A stretch of DNA of 64,000 nt from Candidatus Binatia bacterium (GTDB taxonomy: Bacteria > Desulfobacterota > Binatia > UBA9968 > JAJDTQ01), in the NCBI GenBank assembly GCA_963666515.2, contig OY762897.2, positions 1,216,001 to 1,280,000 of the forward strand. Direction: 5' to 3'. The notes beneath the pieces are model-generated. The model saw nothing but the letters and a program-made list of their open reading frames with translations, was not told the DNA's origin and ran no database searches. This document shows, in pieces, positions 17,440 through 26,507 of the stretch. Both the position numbers and the translations under genes were made by a program. Position 1 is the stretch's first letter. Every line of letters starts with the position of its first letter.

Positions 17440-18117
17440 ATGATGGTGAAACGTCTTGTATTTGGAGTGGTGGCGATCTGCCTCGCAATCGCCGGTTGCA
17501 GGACCGACGTAACCGTGGAGGTCTATTCGTCCGACCTGCGGGCCGTCACTGCTGATACCCCCCTGTCCACAGCTGGAACGATGGCTATCCAGATCCCTTC
17601 GGCCAGCGAGTGCGACAAGTATACCGCGCAGATCGTGGCAATTATGAAGGGTGTTGTGGACAAGTTCATGCCGCAGGGATGCAAGAGCGTCGGGATGGAT
17701 TCGTTCCTGATGGCGGAGATCTCTGTTCCTGTCGTCGTTGATCCAGACTGGAAGGGTGGCAATCAGCTGTTTGAACTCTTGGTGGCGGTAGCAGATGATC
17801 ATCCTGACCTGAGAGGCCGAATTGTAATAGTAGGGCTGAACCGCGACAAGTACGAGATCTTGAGCAAGCGGATGCGGAAGGAATTTCACCAGAAATTGGA
17901 CTTGGCCAAATCAAAGTTGACCATTGTTCTGCGCAACGATGAACGGCAAGACGCGAGGTTTCAGGTGGACATGGTGTTCGTCGACGGCGAGCCCAGGAAC
18001 ATGCAGACCCTTAACCTGAAGCGCAGAGGTGTGGCAAGAATCGAGCTGTCCAATGTTCATGCGGCTTTCCTCGAGAAGGAAGGCTCTACAAGTGCCTTCC
18101 TTCTCATGGCGCACTAG
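17440..18117 (+). CDS. Hypothetical lipoprotein
   Basis: MMVKRLVFGVVAICLAIAG-C lipobox; uninterrupted 225-aa frame. Confidence 0.75.
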   Translation: MMVKRLVFGVVAICLAIAGCRTDVTVEVYSSDLRAVTADTPLSTAGTMAIQIPSASECDKYTAQIVAIMKGVVDKFMPQGCKSVGMDSFLMAEISVPVVVDPDWKGGNQLFELLVAVADDHPDLRGRIVIVGLNRDKYEILSKRMRKEFHQKLDLAKSKLTIVLRNDERQDARFQVDMVFVDGEPRNMQTLNLKRRGVARIELSNVHAAFLEKEGSTSAFLLMAH

Positions 18118-18418
18118 TTCTCCGATTTTTCGCGTGCAGGTCCCGAACCTCCGCCTCGTGGTTCCCACGTGACCGCTCCGCCCCCTTGGAGAAACCTCCT
18201 TCATCCCCTCTACCGCCCGCAGGCGCTCACTTGGTTCGGGTGGACGTTGTGCCGCATGGCGATCTCCTGGATTGTCTTGTCTCCGCGCAGCGCCTCCAGG
18301 GCCGCCTCCGCCTTGAACTCCCCGCCGAACTGTCGCCGTGTGCTCATCGCGTATCCTTCCTTCATTCAGTCGGCGGAATACACCTTAGCAACCTGTCCGA
18401 TTTTCGAGGATCACCTCA
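18114..18418 (-). mobile_element. IS3-family relic: left end plus frameshifted OrfA
   Basis: End TGAGGTGATCCTCGAAAATCGGACA at 18418; from ATG 18347 MSTRRQFGGEFKAEAALEALRGDKTIQEIA..HNVHPNQVS, then EVRDLHAKIGEL after frameshifts. Confidence 0.85.
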
Positions 18419-18546
18419 GTTCAATCCGCATCAGGTAACCGGCAGGAGCCGAAGATGGAGAGCGCGAGTTAACGTTTGACGATGAAGGTCGTGGGGGTGC
18501 GGGAGGCTTCGGGGTTGGCGGGCTTGGTGGCCAACCGCTTTGGGGC

Positions 18547-19053
18547 CTAGCTCGCATAGCGGTGCGCCTCCACCTTATATGCGGTATCGGCGCACCGAGC
18601 GTTCAGCCGTGGGTGGGTGGGAATATCCACAAGACTCGCCGTTTCATGGGCGGCCTTCATGATTTCACTGGCAGCAACCTGTATCGCTTCGTCGGTTGTC
18701 CCGTCTTCGGCCGCAATGCGTTGCCAAAGCAGACGAATGGCGATCTCGTGTTTCTCCATACTGGTGCAGACCACGGTCAGTTTCGCCACCGTCGTTGCGG
18801 GGTCAACAATCAGGTCAAGAACCACGACGGCACCGACTACGGCGACCAGGACCTCGGGCAGCGCGGCCCACGAAACAAGATCGACGAGGGATGCGATTGC
18901 GCCTATGCCGGACAAGGCGAGCACGGCACGAACCGCATTTCTCCAGCGGACATATCGTCCACGTAAGGCGTCGAAGTATCTGGAGACTCGGGCGATCTCC
19001 AGGAGGTCGTCCCAGACCTGGATTCTTGTCTGATCCGAAGCCATATCTCCCAT
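18547..19053 (-). CDS. Two-TM hypothetical protein, SLATT-like architecture (start possibly 19044)
   Basis: Helix-TM-TM-helix layout; TTGACA-16-TACATG promoter just upstream. Confidence 0.7.
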   Translation of the reverse strand: MGDMASDQTRIQVWDDLLEIARVSRYFDALRGRYVRWRNAVRAVLALSGIGAIASLVDLVSWAALPEVLVAVVGAVVVLDLIVDPATTVAKLTVVCTSMEKHEIAIRLLWQRIAAEDGTTDEAIQVAASEIMKAAHETASLVDIPTHPRLNARCADTAYKVEAHRYAS

Positions 19054-19116
19054 GTACCAAACGGCGGGTGTTTGTCAATCCGCAGTCAGGTCCTCATTGA
19101 CCCCCGGGTAGACGAT

Positions 19117-19983
19117 CTATGGCTCCTGCAGGTTGGCGAGGATCTTCCGGGTGGAGAGGGAGCGGTTGAGGGTGTAGAAGTGGATGCCGGGCGCGCCTCC
19201 GTCCAGCAGCGCGCGGCACTGTCGCGTGGCGTGGTCGATGCCCACCTCGACGACCGCGTCGGCATCGCCGGATACCGCCTCGAGCTTTGCCAGCAGGGGG
19301 CCGGGGATGGCGGCGCCGCACATCTGGGTGAAGCGTTTGATCTGGGCGGTGTTGGTGACGGGCATTACGCCGGGAACGATGGGTGTGACGATACCACGGG
19401 AACGCGCCCGTGACACGAAGTCGAAGTAGTCGCGCTCGTCGAAGAAGAGTTGGGTCACGACGAAGTCGGCGCCGGCGTTGACCTTGCGCTTGAGGTTGAG
19501 CAGGTCTTCCTCCGGGCTCGGCGCCTCCGGGTGCGTCTCCGGATAGCCCGCGCCGCCGATGCAGAAGTCCTTCTGCCCGCGAATGAACGCGATAAGTTCG
19601 TTGGCGTGTGCGAATCCCTGGGGGTGTGGGACGAACTCCGTGTCGCCCCGGGGCGGGTCGCCCCTCAGCGCCATGATGTTCTCGATGCCGGCGGCCTCGT
19701 ATTCGTCGAGGAGCTGACCGATCTCTTCCCGACCGTGTCCCACGCAGGTTAGGTGGGCCATGGCCTCGATGCCGGCCTCGCGCTTGATCCTTTGGGTGAT
19801 GGCGACGGTCTTCTCGCGGGTGCTGCCTCCGGCCCCATAGGTGACCGAGACGAAAGCCGGCCCCAGCGGTTTGAGGTTGGCCACGGTGTCGAACAGGGCG
19901 TCGACGCCGCGGTCGTCCTTGGGCGGGAAGAACTCGAAGGAAAAGAGCGGGCGTTCCTGGCCGAAGCGGTCCCGGATCTTCAT
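19117..19983 (-). CDS. metF: 5,10-methylenetetrahydrofolate reductase
   Basis: FSFEFFPPK, SVTYGAGGS, AHLTC, ALRGDPP, GYPETHPE, TQLFF, HFYTLN. Confidence 0.97.
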   Translation of the reverse strand: MKIRDRFGQERPLFSFEFFPPKDDRGVDALFDTVANLKPLGPAFVSVTYGAGGSTREKTVAITQRIKREAGIEAMAHLTCVGHGREEIGQLLDEYEAAGIENIMALRGDPPRGDTEFVPHPQGFAHANELIAFIRGQKDFCIGGAGYPETHPEAPSPEEDLLNLKRKVNAGADFVVTQLFFDERDYFDFVSRARSRGIVTPIVPGVMPVTNTAQIKRFTQMCGAAIPGPLLAKLEAVSGDADAVVEVGIDHATRQCRALLDGGAPGIHFYTLNRSLSTRKILANLQEP

Positions 19984-22202
19984 CCGCCGCCTTCCCCGCC
20001 GGCCGCGCGCAGTGAGCGCCATACCCGCTCCGGCGTGAGCGGCAGGTCGAAGATCTGGACGCCGGTAGCGTGGGCCAGGGCGCCGGTGACGGCGGGCGCC
20101 ACCGAGAAGATGCCGCCTTCGCCCATGCCCCGGCTGCCGTAGGGGCCCAAGCCGTCGCCGTTCTCCACCAGCACCGTGTGAAAGCCCCGAGGCATGTCCG
20201 AGAAGGAGGGGATGCGGTAGTCCACCAGGTTGGAGTTCACGAGCTGTCCGCCCTCGTAGATCATCTGCTCGAAGAGGGTGTGGCCGAGGCCCATCATGGC
20301 CGCGCCTTCTTCCTGGCCCTCGCACTGGACGGGGTTGATGGCCTTGCCGACGTCGGCCACCGACAGGTAGTCGGCCACCGAGACGGCGCCGGTGTCGCGG
20401 TCGATGTCCAGCTCCACCGCGCCCATGCCCACCTCCCAGACCACCGGCAGGACGTCGTTGATGATCTCGGGGCCCACCGTGCCGGTGCCGACCAGCTCGC
20501 CGGCGGCGGCCCCGAAGCGTTTCGCCAGCGCCTCGGCAAAGGTCATGCGGGCTTCCCCGCACACCAGCGCGCCGTCCATCAGCCGGATCTCGCCGGCGCG
20601 CGCGCCGAACGCCGCGGCGCCGATCTTGAGGAGCTGGCGCTTGACGTCGCGGGCGGCCTGCTGTACCGCCCGCCCCATGAGCGTGGTGGAGCGGCTGGAG
20701 CCCGTGGAGCGGTCGTAGGGCGTGATGGCAGTGTCCGCGCCCGTCATGCGGATGCGCTCCAGCGGGAGCTGCAGCTCCTCGCCCACGAACTGGGACAGCA
20801 CGGTGCGCACTCCCTGGCCCATCTCGCTGCTGCCGGCCATGATGGTGGCGGCGCCGTCTGCCTGGAGCCTTACCATGGCCACGGTGATGGGCTGGCCGCC
20901 GGCGTTGGTCATGCCGCAGGCCAGGCCCACGGGCGCCCCGGCCTTGGCCGAACGCTTCTTCCAGCGGCTGGCCCGCACCAGCCGCTTGAGCGTCACCGCC
21001 AGGTTGACATCCAGGGGGCGCAGCCCCGGACGCATCACCTCGCCGCGCTTGAGCAGGTTCCTGAGTCTCAACTCGGCCGGGTCCATGCCGAGGCTCGCGG
21101 CGATGACGTTCATCTGGCTTTCGCCGGCGAAGATCGACTGGGGGCCGCCGATGGAGCGGAAGGAGCCGGCGCCGCCGCTGTGGGTGTAGACCGCGTAGGC
21201 GTCGGTGTGAATGTGCGGGATGCGGTACGGGCCCAGCACCCGGGTGGCGGCGCGGGTGGCCACTTGGGGGCCGTTGTCCATGTAGGCCCCGGTGTCCAGG
21301 TAGATATCCGCTTCCCGCGCCATGATGATGCCGTCCTGCCGGACGCCGGTCTTCAGCCGCACCTTCGCGCTGTGCCGCCGCACCGTCAGCATGGCTTCCG
21401 CCACCGACAGGCAGACCCGCACCGGACGCCCCACCTTGCGCGAGGCCGCTACCACCAGCGGCTCGATCTTGGCGTAGGACTTGCCGCCGAAGCCGCCGCC
21501 CAGGTAGGGGACGTTGAGGCTGACCCGGCTGGCGGGGAGCCCGAAGATGCGTGCCAGTTCGGCCTGCACCAGGAACGGATGCTGCGCCGACGACCACAAC
21601 ACGATGCGGTCCCCCTGGTGGTCGGCGATGACGCCGTGGGGCTCCATCGAGTAGTGGTAGATCATGGGGAAGGTGAAGGAGTGCTCGAAGATATGCTCCG
21701 ACTGCGCGAAGCCTTCGGTCACGTCGCCGCGTCTCACCTTGTCATGGCCGCAGATGTTGCCGCCCTGGTCCTCGTGCACCAGCGGCGCGTCTGGGGCCAG
21801 CGCGGCGTCGAGTCCCACCGCGGCGGGTAGCTCCCGGTAGACTACGTCGATTTCCGCGGCCGCCTGCTCCGCGGTCAGCGGGTCCTCGGCCGCCACCACC
21901 GCCACCGGCTCGCCGGCGTAGCGGACGCGCTCCAGCGCGATGAGCGGGCGTCCGGCGTAGTGGGGATCCAGGCCCGCCACGTCGCGGCCGGTGAGCACGC
22001 CGGCCACCCCCGGCAGCTTCTCGGCCGCGGCGGCGTCGATGTCCTCGATGAGCGCGTGGGGGTACGGGCTGCGCAGCACGTGGCCGTACAGCATCCCGGG
22101 TATCTCCAGGTCCCCGGTGTACTTGGCCTGCCCCGTCACCTTGTCGACGCCGTCGACCCTGCGGGTGTTGGCGCCGACGTATTTCAGTTGACGATTCGCC
22201 AT
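19980..22202 (-). CDS. Second xanthine dehydrogenase-family molybdopterin-binding subunit (no adjacent FAD/FeS genes)
   Basis: KVTG, GGGFGGK, EMGQG, DVGKAINP, RGMGEGG. Confidence 0.93.
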   Translation of the reverse strand: MANRQLKYVGANTRRVDGVDKVTGQAKYTGDLEIPGMLYGHVLRSPYPHALIEDIDAAAAEKLPGVAGVLTGRDVAGLDPHYAGRPLIALERVRYAGEPVAVVAAEDPLTAEQAAAEIDVVYRELPAAVGLDAALAPDAPLVHEDQGGNICGHDKVRRGDVTEGFAQSEHIFEHSFTFPMIYHYSMEPHGVIADHQGDRIVLWSSAQHPFLVQAELARIFGLPASRVSLNVPYLGGGFGGKSYAKIEPLVVAASRKVGRPVRVCLSVAEAMLTVRRHSAKVRLKTGVRQDGIIMAREADIYLDTGAYMDNGPQVATRAATRVLGPYRIPHIHTDAYAVYTHSGGAGSFRSIGGPQSIFAGESQMNVIAASLGMDPAELRLRNLLKRGEVMRPGLRPLDVNLAVTLKRLVRASRWKKRSAKAGAPVGLACGMTNAGGQPITVAMVRLQADGAATIMAGSSEMGQGVRTVLSQFVGEELQLPLERIRMTGADTAITPYDRSTGSSRSTTLMGRAVQQAARDVKRQLLKIGAAAFGARAGEIRLMDGALVCGEARMTFAEALAKRFGAAAGELVGTGTVGPEIINDVLPVVWEVGMGAVELDIDRDTGAVSVADYLSVADVGKAINPVQCEGQEEGAAMMGLGHTLFEQMIYEGGQLVNSNLVDYRIPSFSDMPRGFHTVLVENGDGLGPYGSRGMGEGGIFSVAPAVTGALAHATGVQIFDLPLTPERVWRSLRAAGGEGGG

Positions 22203-22226
22203 GCCGGCGCCCCTGCTCCGTCCCGC

Positions 22227-23255
22227 TCAGAAGCCGTACAAGGCCCGGGGGTTGTCGTCCAGGATCTTGGCCACCGACGCGGGGCTGACCTTGCCGTCGT
22301 CCTTGAGCTTTTCCAGCGCCAGGATCTCGCTGGAGGTGTCGTTGTGGCCGTAGTCGGTGCCGATGATGATGTTGTCGTCGCCGGTGTATTCCAGCACGTA
22401 GTCCAGGTCGTCGTCGGTCTGGCAGGCGACGAAGATGCGGCTGTCGCTGAGAAGGCTGCGGGACAGCTCGATGCCGCGCTTCTGGCGGAAGCGCTTGGCG
22501 AGGTCGTGGAACACGTAGGGGACCCACTGCGCGCTGACCTCGATGAAGCCGATGCGCAGTCTCGGGAATCGCTCCGGAACGCGGTCCCAGATCACGGAAT
22601 GGAACGAGCCCACCACCGCGAGCTTGAATTTGTTGAAGCCGGGCTCGTCGAAGAAGAGGTCGTGCTGCGTGAAGCTGCCGGTGGCCGAGTGCACGCACAG
22701 AGGCACGTTGGCGTCGCTCAGGGCCTCGTAGAGCGGGGTGAAGTAGGGGTCGCTCAGACGCCGGTCGCCGATGAGGCCGGGGACATAGACGCCGCAGGCG
22801 CCGTGCTGCAGCACGAAGTCCAGTTCCTTCAGAGACTCGTCCATGCTGCGCAGGGGCAGTATCGCCGCCCACCGGAGCCGGTCCTGGCCTGCCTTCCAGA
22901 TGTCGCACAGCCAGCGGTTGTAGCTTTTGAACAGCGCCATCTCCACCTCGGGCTTGTCAGTGACGGGACGCAGGAAGATGGTGGGGTAGAGCACCTGCAT
23001 AAGCACGCCCATCTCGTCCATGTGCCGCAGCCGGGAGGCGATGTCCGACATCTCGCGGGATTCCTCGGGAGTGTCATGGCCGACGTTGTCGGACTTGGCA
23101 AAAAGCCTTCCGTCCACCAGCCAGTACTCGCCGCTGTCTCCGGCTTCATTGGTGGAAGTCACGATCTGCGGGCGGTAGGCCTTCTCCGCCCCCTCCATGT
23201 ACTCCCAGGTCCGGTTGGTCTCCAGGACGTGCGCGTCTGCATCGATGACCGCCAT
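22227..23255 (-). CDS. Amidohydrolase_2 family protein (ACMSD/LigW-like)
   Basis: IDADAHV, RLRHMDEMG, YNRWL, PLCVH, GTDYGHND. Confidence 0.9.
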   Translation of the reverse strand: MAVIDADAHVLETNRTWEYMEGAEKAYRPQIVTSTNEAGDSGEYWLVDGRLFAKSDNVGHDTPEESREMSDIASRLRHMDEMGVLMQVLYPTIFLRPVTDKPEVEMALFKSYNRWLCDIWKAGQDRLRWAAILPLRSMDESLKELDFVLQHGACGVYVPGLIGDRRLSDPYFTPLYEALSDANVPLCVHSATGSFTQHDLFFDEPGFNKFKLAVVGSFHSVIWDRVPERFPRLRIGFIEVSAQWVPYVFHDLAKRFRQKRGIELSRSLLSDSRIFVACQTDDDLDYVLEYTGDDNIIIGTDYGHNDTSSEILALEKLKDDGKVSPASVAKILDDNPRALYGF

Positions 23256-23308
23256 GATTTGACCTCCAGTCAGATGTCGATTGAGTCCGGTTCCAGCAAT
23301 TTAGACGA

Positions 23309-24025
23309 CTACACGAGGCTCATCAACTCGTGTAGTCCGCGGATGCGCGCGGCGCCTTCGTGCCGGGTGTCGCCGTCGCGGTCCAGCAGCACGGGCCGGA
23401 CGCCGGCGCGCAGCGCTCCCTCGATGTCCGTCTCCGGGCTGTCGCCGACGTGCAATGCCTCGTCCGGCGCGATGCCGTGGCGTTCCAGCGCCAAGTGGAA
23501 GATTCCCGCGTCGGGCTTGGCGGAGCCCGCGCTGCTCGATATGAACACCGAGTCGAAGTAGTCCGCAATGCCCAGCCCGCGGATGATCTCCAGCACCCGG
23601 GAGTCGAAGTTCGAGATCATCGCCAGGATCAGGCCGCGCCCTTTCAGGGCCTCCAGCGTCGTCCGCGCGTCGTCGTAAAGCTCCCATGAGTCGGGGCGGG
23701 CGAAGTAAGCGAACAGCTCGTCGAAGTAGTCCTCGAAACGAAGGAAGGTCCCCGCGGGCTCGAACACGCGCCGCACCACGTCGCGCCACCAGGCCCGTTC
23801 CAGCGCCTTCAGCCGCGGGCCGTCCGATCCCGGAAAGGCCATGGGCGGCGCGGTGGCGAAGCAGTGGCGGAACTGCCGCGACACCTCTTCGTGGGGCACG
23901 TCCATGCCGTATCGTTGCGCCATCTCCGCATAGGTGACGGCAACGGGTTTCACGGATTCGAACAGGGTTCCGGCGGCGTCCAGGAAGACGGCCCTGGGCT
24001 TGGCGACGGGTCCGGGAGGTGTCAC
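23309..24025 (-). CDS. HAD-IA family hydrolase (REG-2/HDHD3-like); start approximate
   Basis: FLDAAGTL, SNFDSR, KPD..IF, HVGDS..TDIEGA. Confidence 0.9.
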   Translation of the reverse strand: MTPPGPVAKPRAVFLDAAGTLFESVKPVAVTYAEMAQRYGMDVPHEEVSRQFRHCFATAPPMAFPGSDGPRLKALERAWWRDVVRRVFEPAGTFLRFEDYFDELFAYFARPDSWELYDDARTTLEALKGRGLILAMISNFDSRVLEIIRGLGIADYFDSVFISSSAGSAKPDAGIFHLALERHGIAPDEALHVGDSPETDIEGALRAGVRPVLLDRDGDTRHEGAARIRGLHELMSLV

Positions 24026-24064
24026 TTTTCGCGTATTTCCCGAGTATTGGCTATAGTTGAAGGA

Positions 24065-24892
24065 ATGGCTCGGCTTCATTATGGACCCACGGAGCAGGCT
24101 TTGTCCAGCGACGCCTGGACAGACGAGCTGGGGGCTGCGGCGGAGGCGGCGCGCGCCGCGGGCGAGATCATCGCAGGGCTCTACCGGGGCGACTACCAAG
24201 TCGAGGAGAAGTCCCGCGGCAACCCGGTCACCACCGCCGATCTCATGGCCAACCGGGCCATCCGGGAGATCCTGGCGGCGCGTTTCCCGGAAGACGCGTG
24301 GCTCTCCGAGGAAGACGCCGACGATCCCGGCAGGCTGGACCGGAGCCGTGTGTGGATCGTGGACCCCCTGGACGGCACCCGGGAGTTCATTCGCGGGGTC
24401 CCGGAGTTCTGCGTGTCCATCGGGCTTGCGGTGGACGGGCGTCCGGTGCTGGGGGTGATCTGTCACCCGCTCCGGGCCGAGCTGTTCGACGCGGTAAGGG
24501 GAGGGGGCGCCCGGCTGAACGGCGAACCGCTGGGGGTGGGCACGCCGGTGAACGGGGAACGTCCGCGCCTGCTCATCAGCCGCTCCGAGCCGCGCCGGCG
24601 CCTTGACGAACTGGCCGGGGAGTTCACGCTGGAGCCCATGGGCAGCATCGCCTACCGGCTGGCTTCGGTGGCCCGCGGGCGGGCGGACGCCACCGTGACC
24701 TTCCGCCGGGTCAAGGAATGGGACGTGTGCGCCGGCATCGTCATCGTCGAGGAGGCCGGCGGCCGTGCCGTGACCGCGCGCGGGGAGCGTCCGGCCTTCA
24801 ACCGGCCGGAGCCGGTGCTCCAGCAGCTCGTGGCCGGAAGCGAATCCTCCAGCGCCAGGATACAGTCCCTGCTGGCCCGGCTGCCGGAGTAG
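24065..24892 (+). CDS. cysQ: 3'(2'),5'-bisphosphate nucleotidase CysQ / inositol monophosphatase family
   Basis: PVTTAD, LSEE, WIVDPLDGTREF, EWDVCAG..IVEEAGG. Confidence 0.85.
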   Translation: MARLHYGPTEQALSSDAWTDELGAAAEAARAAGEIIAGLYRGDYQVEEKSRGNPVTTADLMANRAIREILAARFPEDAWLSEEDADDPGRLDRSRVWIVDPLDGTREFIRGVPEFCVSIGLAVDGRPVLGVICHPLRAELFDAVRGGGARLNGEPLGVGTPVNGERPRLLISRSEPRRRLDELAGEFTLEPMGSIAYRLASVARGRADATVTFRRVKEWDVCAGIVIVEEAGGRAVTARGERPAFNRPEPVLQQLVAGSESSSARIQSLLARLPE

Positions 24893-24912
24893 GAGGCCTG
24901 GAAGGCGCCGGC

Positions 24913-25242
24913 ATGGCGAGTTGCAACTACTGTGGCGAGAAGGCCGGCATCTGGGCCCGGGTCTGCAAGGAATGCCGGCGGCTGGAGGAGCAGGCTCGCG
25001 CCTATGGAGGACAGGTGGGCTTCAGCGAGCTGCTGGACCGCCTGGAGGAGACCGGAGTCCCGCCCGACAAGATCATGCGGTTCCTCAAGGCCGACCCGGA
25101 CGGTCGCGGCAGCGTGCGGGACCGCCTGACCGCGGACATGACCAACGAGCTTTTGAAGATCATGGGGATCAACGAGCGGCAGACGCCGGACGACGTGGAA
25201 CGCATCCGCAAGAGCGGCGAGAAGGTTCCCGAAACCGACTGA
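24913..25242 (+). CDS. Hypothetical protein with N-terminal C4 zinc-finger-like motif
   Basis: CNYC-x10-CKEC; operonic position; host-like codon usage. Confidence 0.75.
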   Translation: MASCNYCGEKAGIWARVCKECRRLEEQARAYGGQVGFSELLDRLEETGVPPDKIMRFLKADPDGRGSVRDRLTADMTNELLKIMGINERQTPDDVERIRKSGEKVPETD

Positions 25243-25265
25243 TCTCCTCCGCATCCGCCCGAGTC

Positions 25266-25754
25266 GTGGAACTGACCCTGTACCTGTCGGCGGTCTTTCT
25301 AGCCGTGTACTTGGTGGCGTTGACGGTGCGCCGGCTGCGCTTCCGGCGCGACCGGGCGCGGATGGCGCGGGAGGCGCGGGCCGGCGGCAAGGTGGTGGCC
25401 GGAATCGACGATGTGCCCGCGGGGACGGTCAGGAAGTTCTGGCTGATCTGCGGGAAGTACCGGGTCGATTGCTTCGTGGTGAACCACCGGGGAGAGTTTC
25501 GCGCCTACGTCAACAGTTGCCGCCACATGGTGACGCCGCTGGACTTCGTCCGCTACCAGTTCTTCACCGAGGACGGCAACCACCTGATGTGCGCCACCCA
25601 CGGCGCCCTCTACGAGCCCGACACCGGCCTGTGCGTGGACGGTCCGTGCAAGGGACTCTCGCTGCACGCGCTGCCCGTGCTTGTGGACCGGGGCGAGATC
25701 GTTGTAGGTTGTCCGCCGGGGGACCTGTCGTTCCTGCGGGAGATGGCGGACTAG
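25266..25754 (+). CDS. Rieske 2Fe-2S protein with N-terminal TM anchor
   Basis: NSCRH...CATHGA.Y...TG.CV.GPC; hydrophobic N-terminus. Confidence 0.88.
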   Translation: MELTLYLSAVFLAVYLVALTVRRLRFRRDRARMAREARAGGKVVAGIDDVPAGTVRKFWLICGKYRVDCFVVNHRGEFRAYVNSCRHMVTPLDFVRYQFFTEDGNHLMCATHGALYEPDTGLCVDGPCKGLSLHALPVLVDRGEIVVGCPPGDLSFLREMAD

Positions 25755-25765
25755 CGAAGAATTTC

Positions 25766-26122
25766 ATGGCAAGACGTCCAGCAGGCAAGCGGGTCGGCCG
25801 CAGGGAAGACTTTCCCGACGGCACGAGCCGGAAATTCACGCTCCGTTGCCGCGGCCAGAGCCTCGAAGGCTTCGTCTTCGGGTTCGGGGGGGAGCTTTTC
25901 GCGTACGTGAACCGCTGCCGTCACATCCCCCTGCCCATGGATTGGCTGGACAACCAGTTCTTCTCGGTGGACGAGAAGTACGTGGTGTGCGCCAACCACG
26001 GCGCCCTCTACGAGCCCACCACGGGCGAGTGCGTGTGGGGTCCGTGCGCCGGGGCTTGGCTCAGGAAGGTGCCCCTCAAGGTCGAGGCCGGCACGGTGCG
26101 GGCGTTCTGTCCCGACGACTGA
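25766..26122 (+). CDS. Rieske 2Fe-2S protein (soluble paralog)
   Basis: NRCRH...CANHGA.Y...TGECVWGPC. Confidence 0.9.
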   Translation: MARRPAGKRVGRREDFPDGTSRKFTLRCRGQSLEGFVFGFGGELFAYVNRCRHIPLPMDWLDNQFFSVDEKYVVCANHGALYEPTTGECVWGPCAGAWLRKVPLKVEAGTVRAFCPDD

Positions 26123-26128
26123 GGGGAG

Positions 26129-26482
26129 GTGACCGGAGTGGCCGACTGTCTGTTCTGCGGCATCGCCAGCGGAGACATCCCCGGAGACATCGTTTACCGC
26201 GACGAATCGGTGCTCGCCTTCCGGGACATCGACCCCAAGGCGCCCGTGCATCTCCTGATCATTCCCAGGAAGCACGTTGCCGGCGTCCACGAGCTGGAGG
26301 CGGAGGACGAGGAGGCCATGGGGCGCGCGATGACGGTGGCCAGGCGGCTGGCGGAGGAGCACGGCGTCTCCGAGAGCGGCTTCCGCATCGTCGTCAACAC
26401 CGGGCCGGACGCCGCCCAGAGCGTCCACCACATTCATTTGCACCTCCTCGGCGGAAGGTCGCTGGGCTGGCCGCCGGGGTGA
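26129..26482 (+). CDS. hinT: Histidine triad nucleotide-binding protein
   Basis: DCLFC, AFRDI.PKAPVH, QSVHHIHLHLLGGR, WPPG. Confidence 0.95.
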   Translation: MTGVADCLFCGIASGDIPGDIVYRDESVLAFRDIDPKAPVHLLIIPRKHVAGVHELEAEDEEAMGRAMTVARRLAEEHGVSESGFRIVVNTGPDAAQSVHHIHLHLLGGRSLGWPPG

Positions 26483-26507
26483 GGGAAGGGAAAGGACAAG
26501 CCAGGAC

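Noticed and set aside
19984-21597. Apparent 826-aa MetF fusion
   Set aside because: The extension is an alternative frame of the Mo-subunit gene; MetF starts at 19983.
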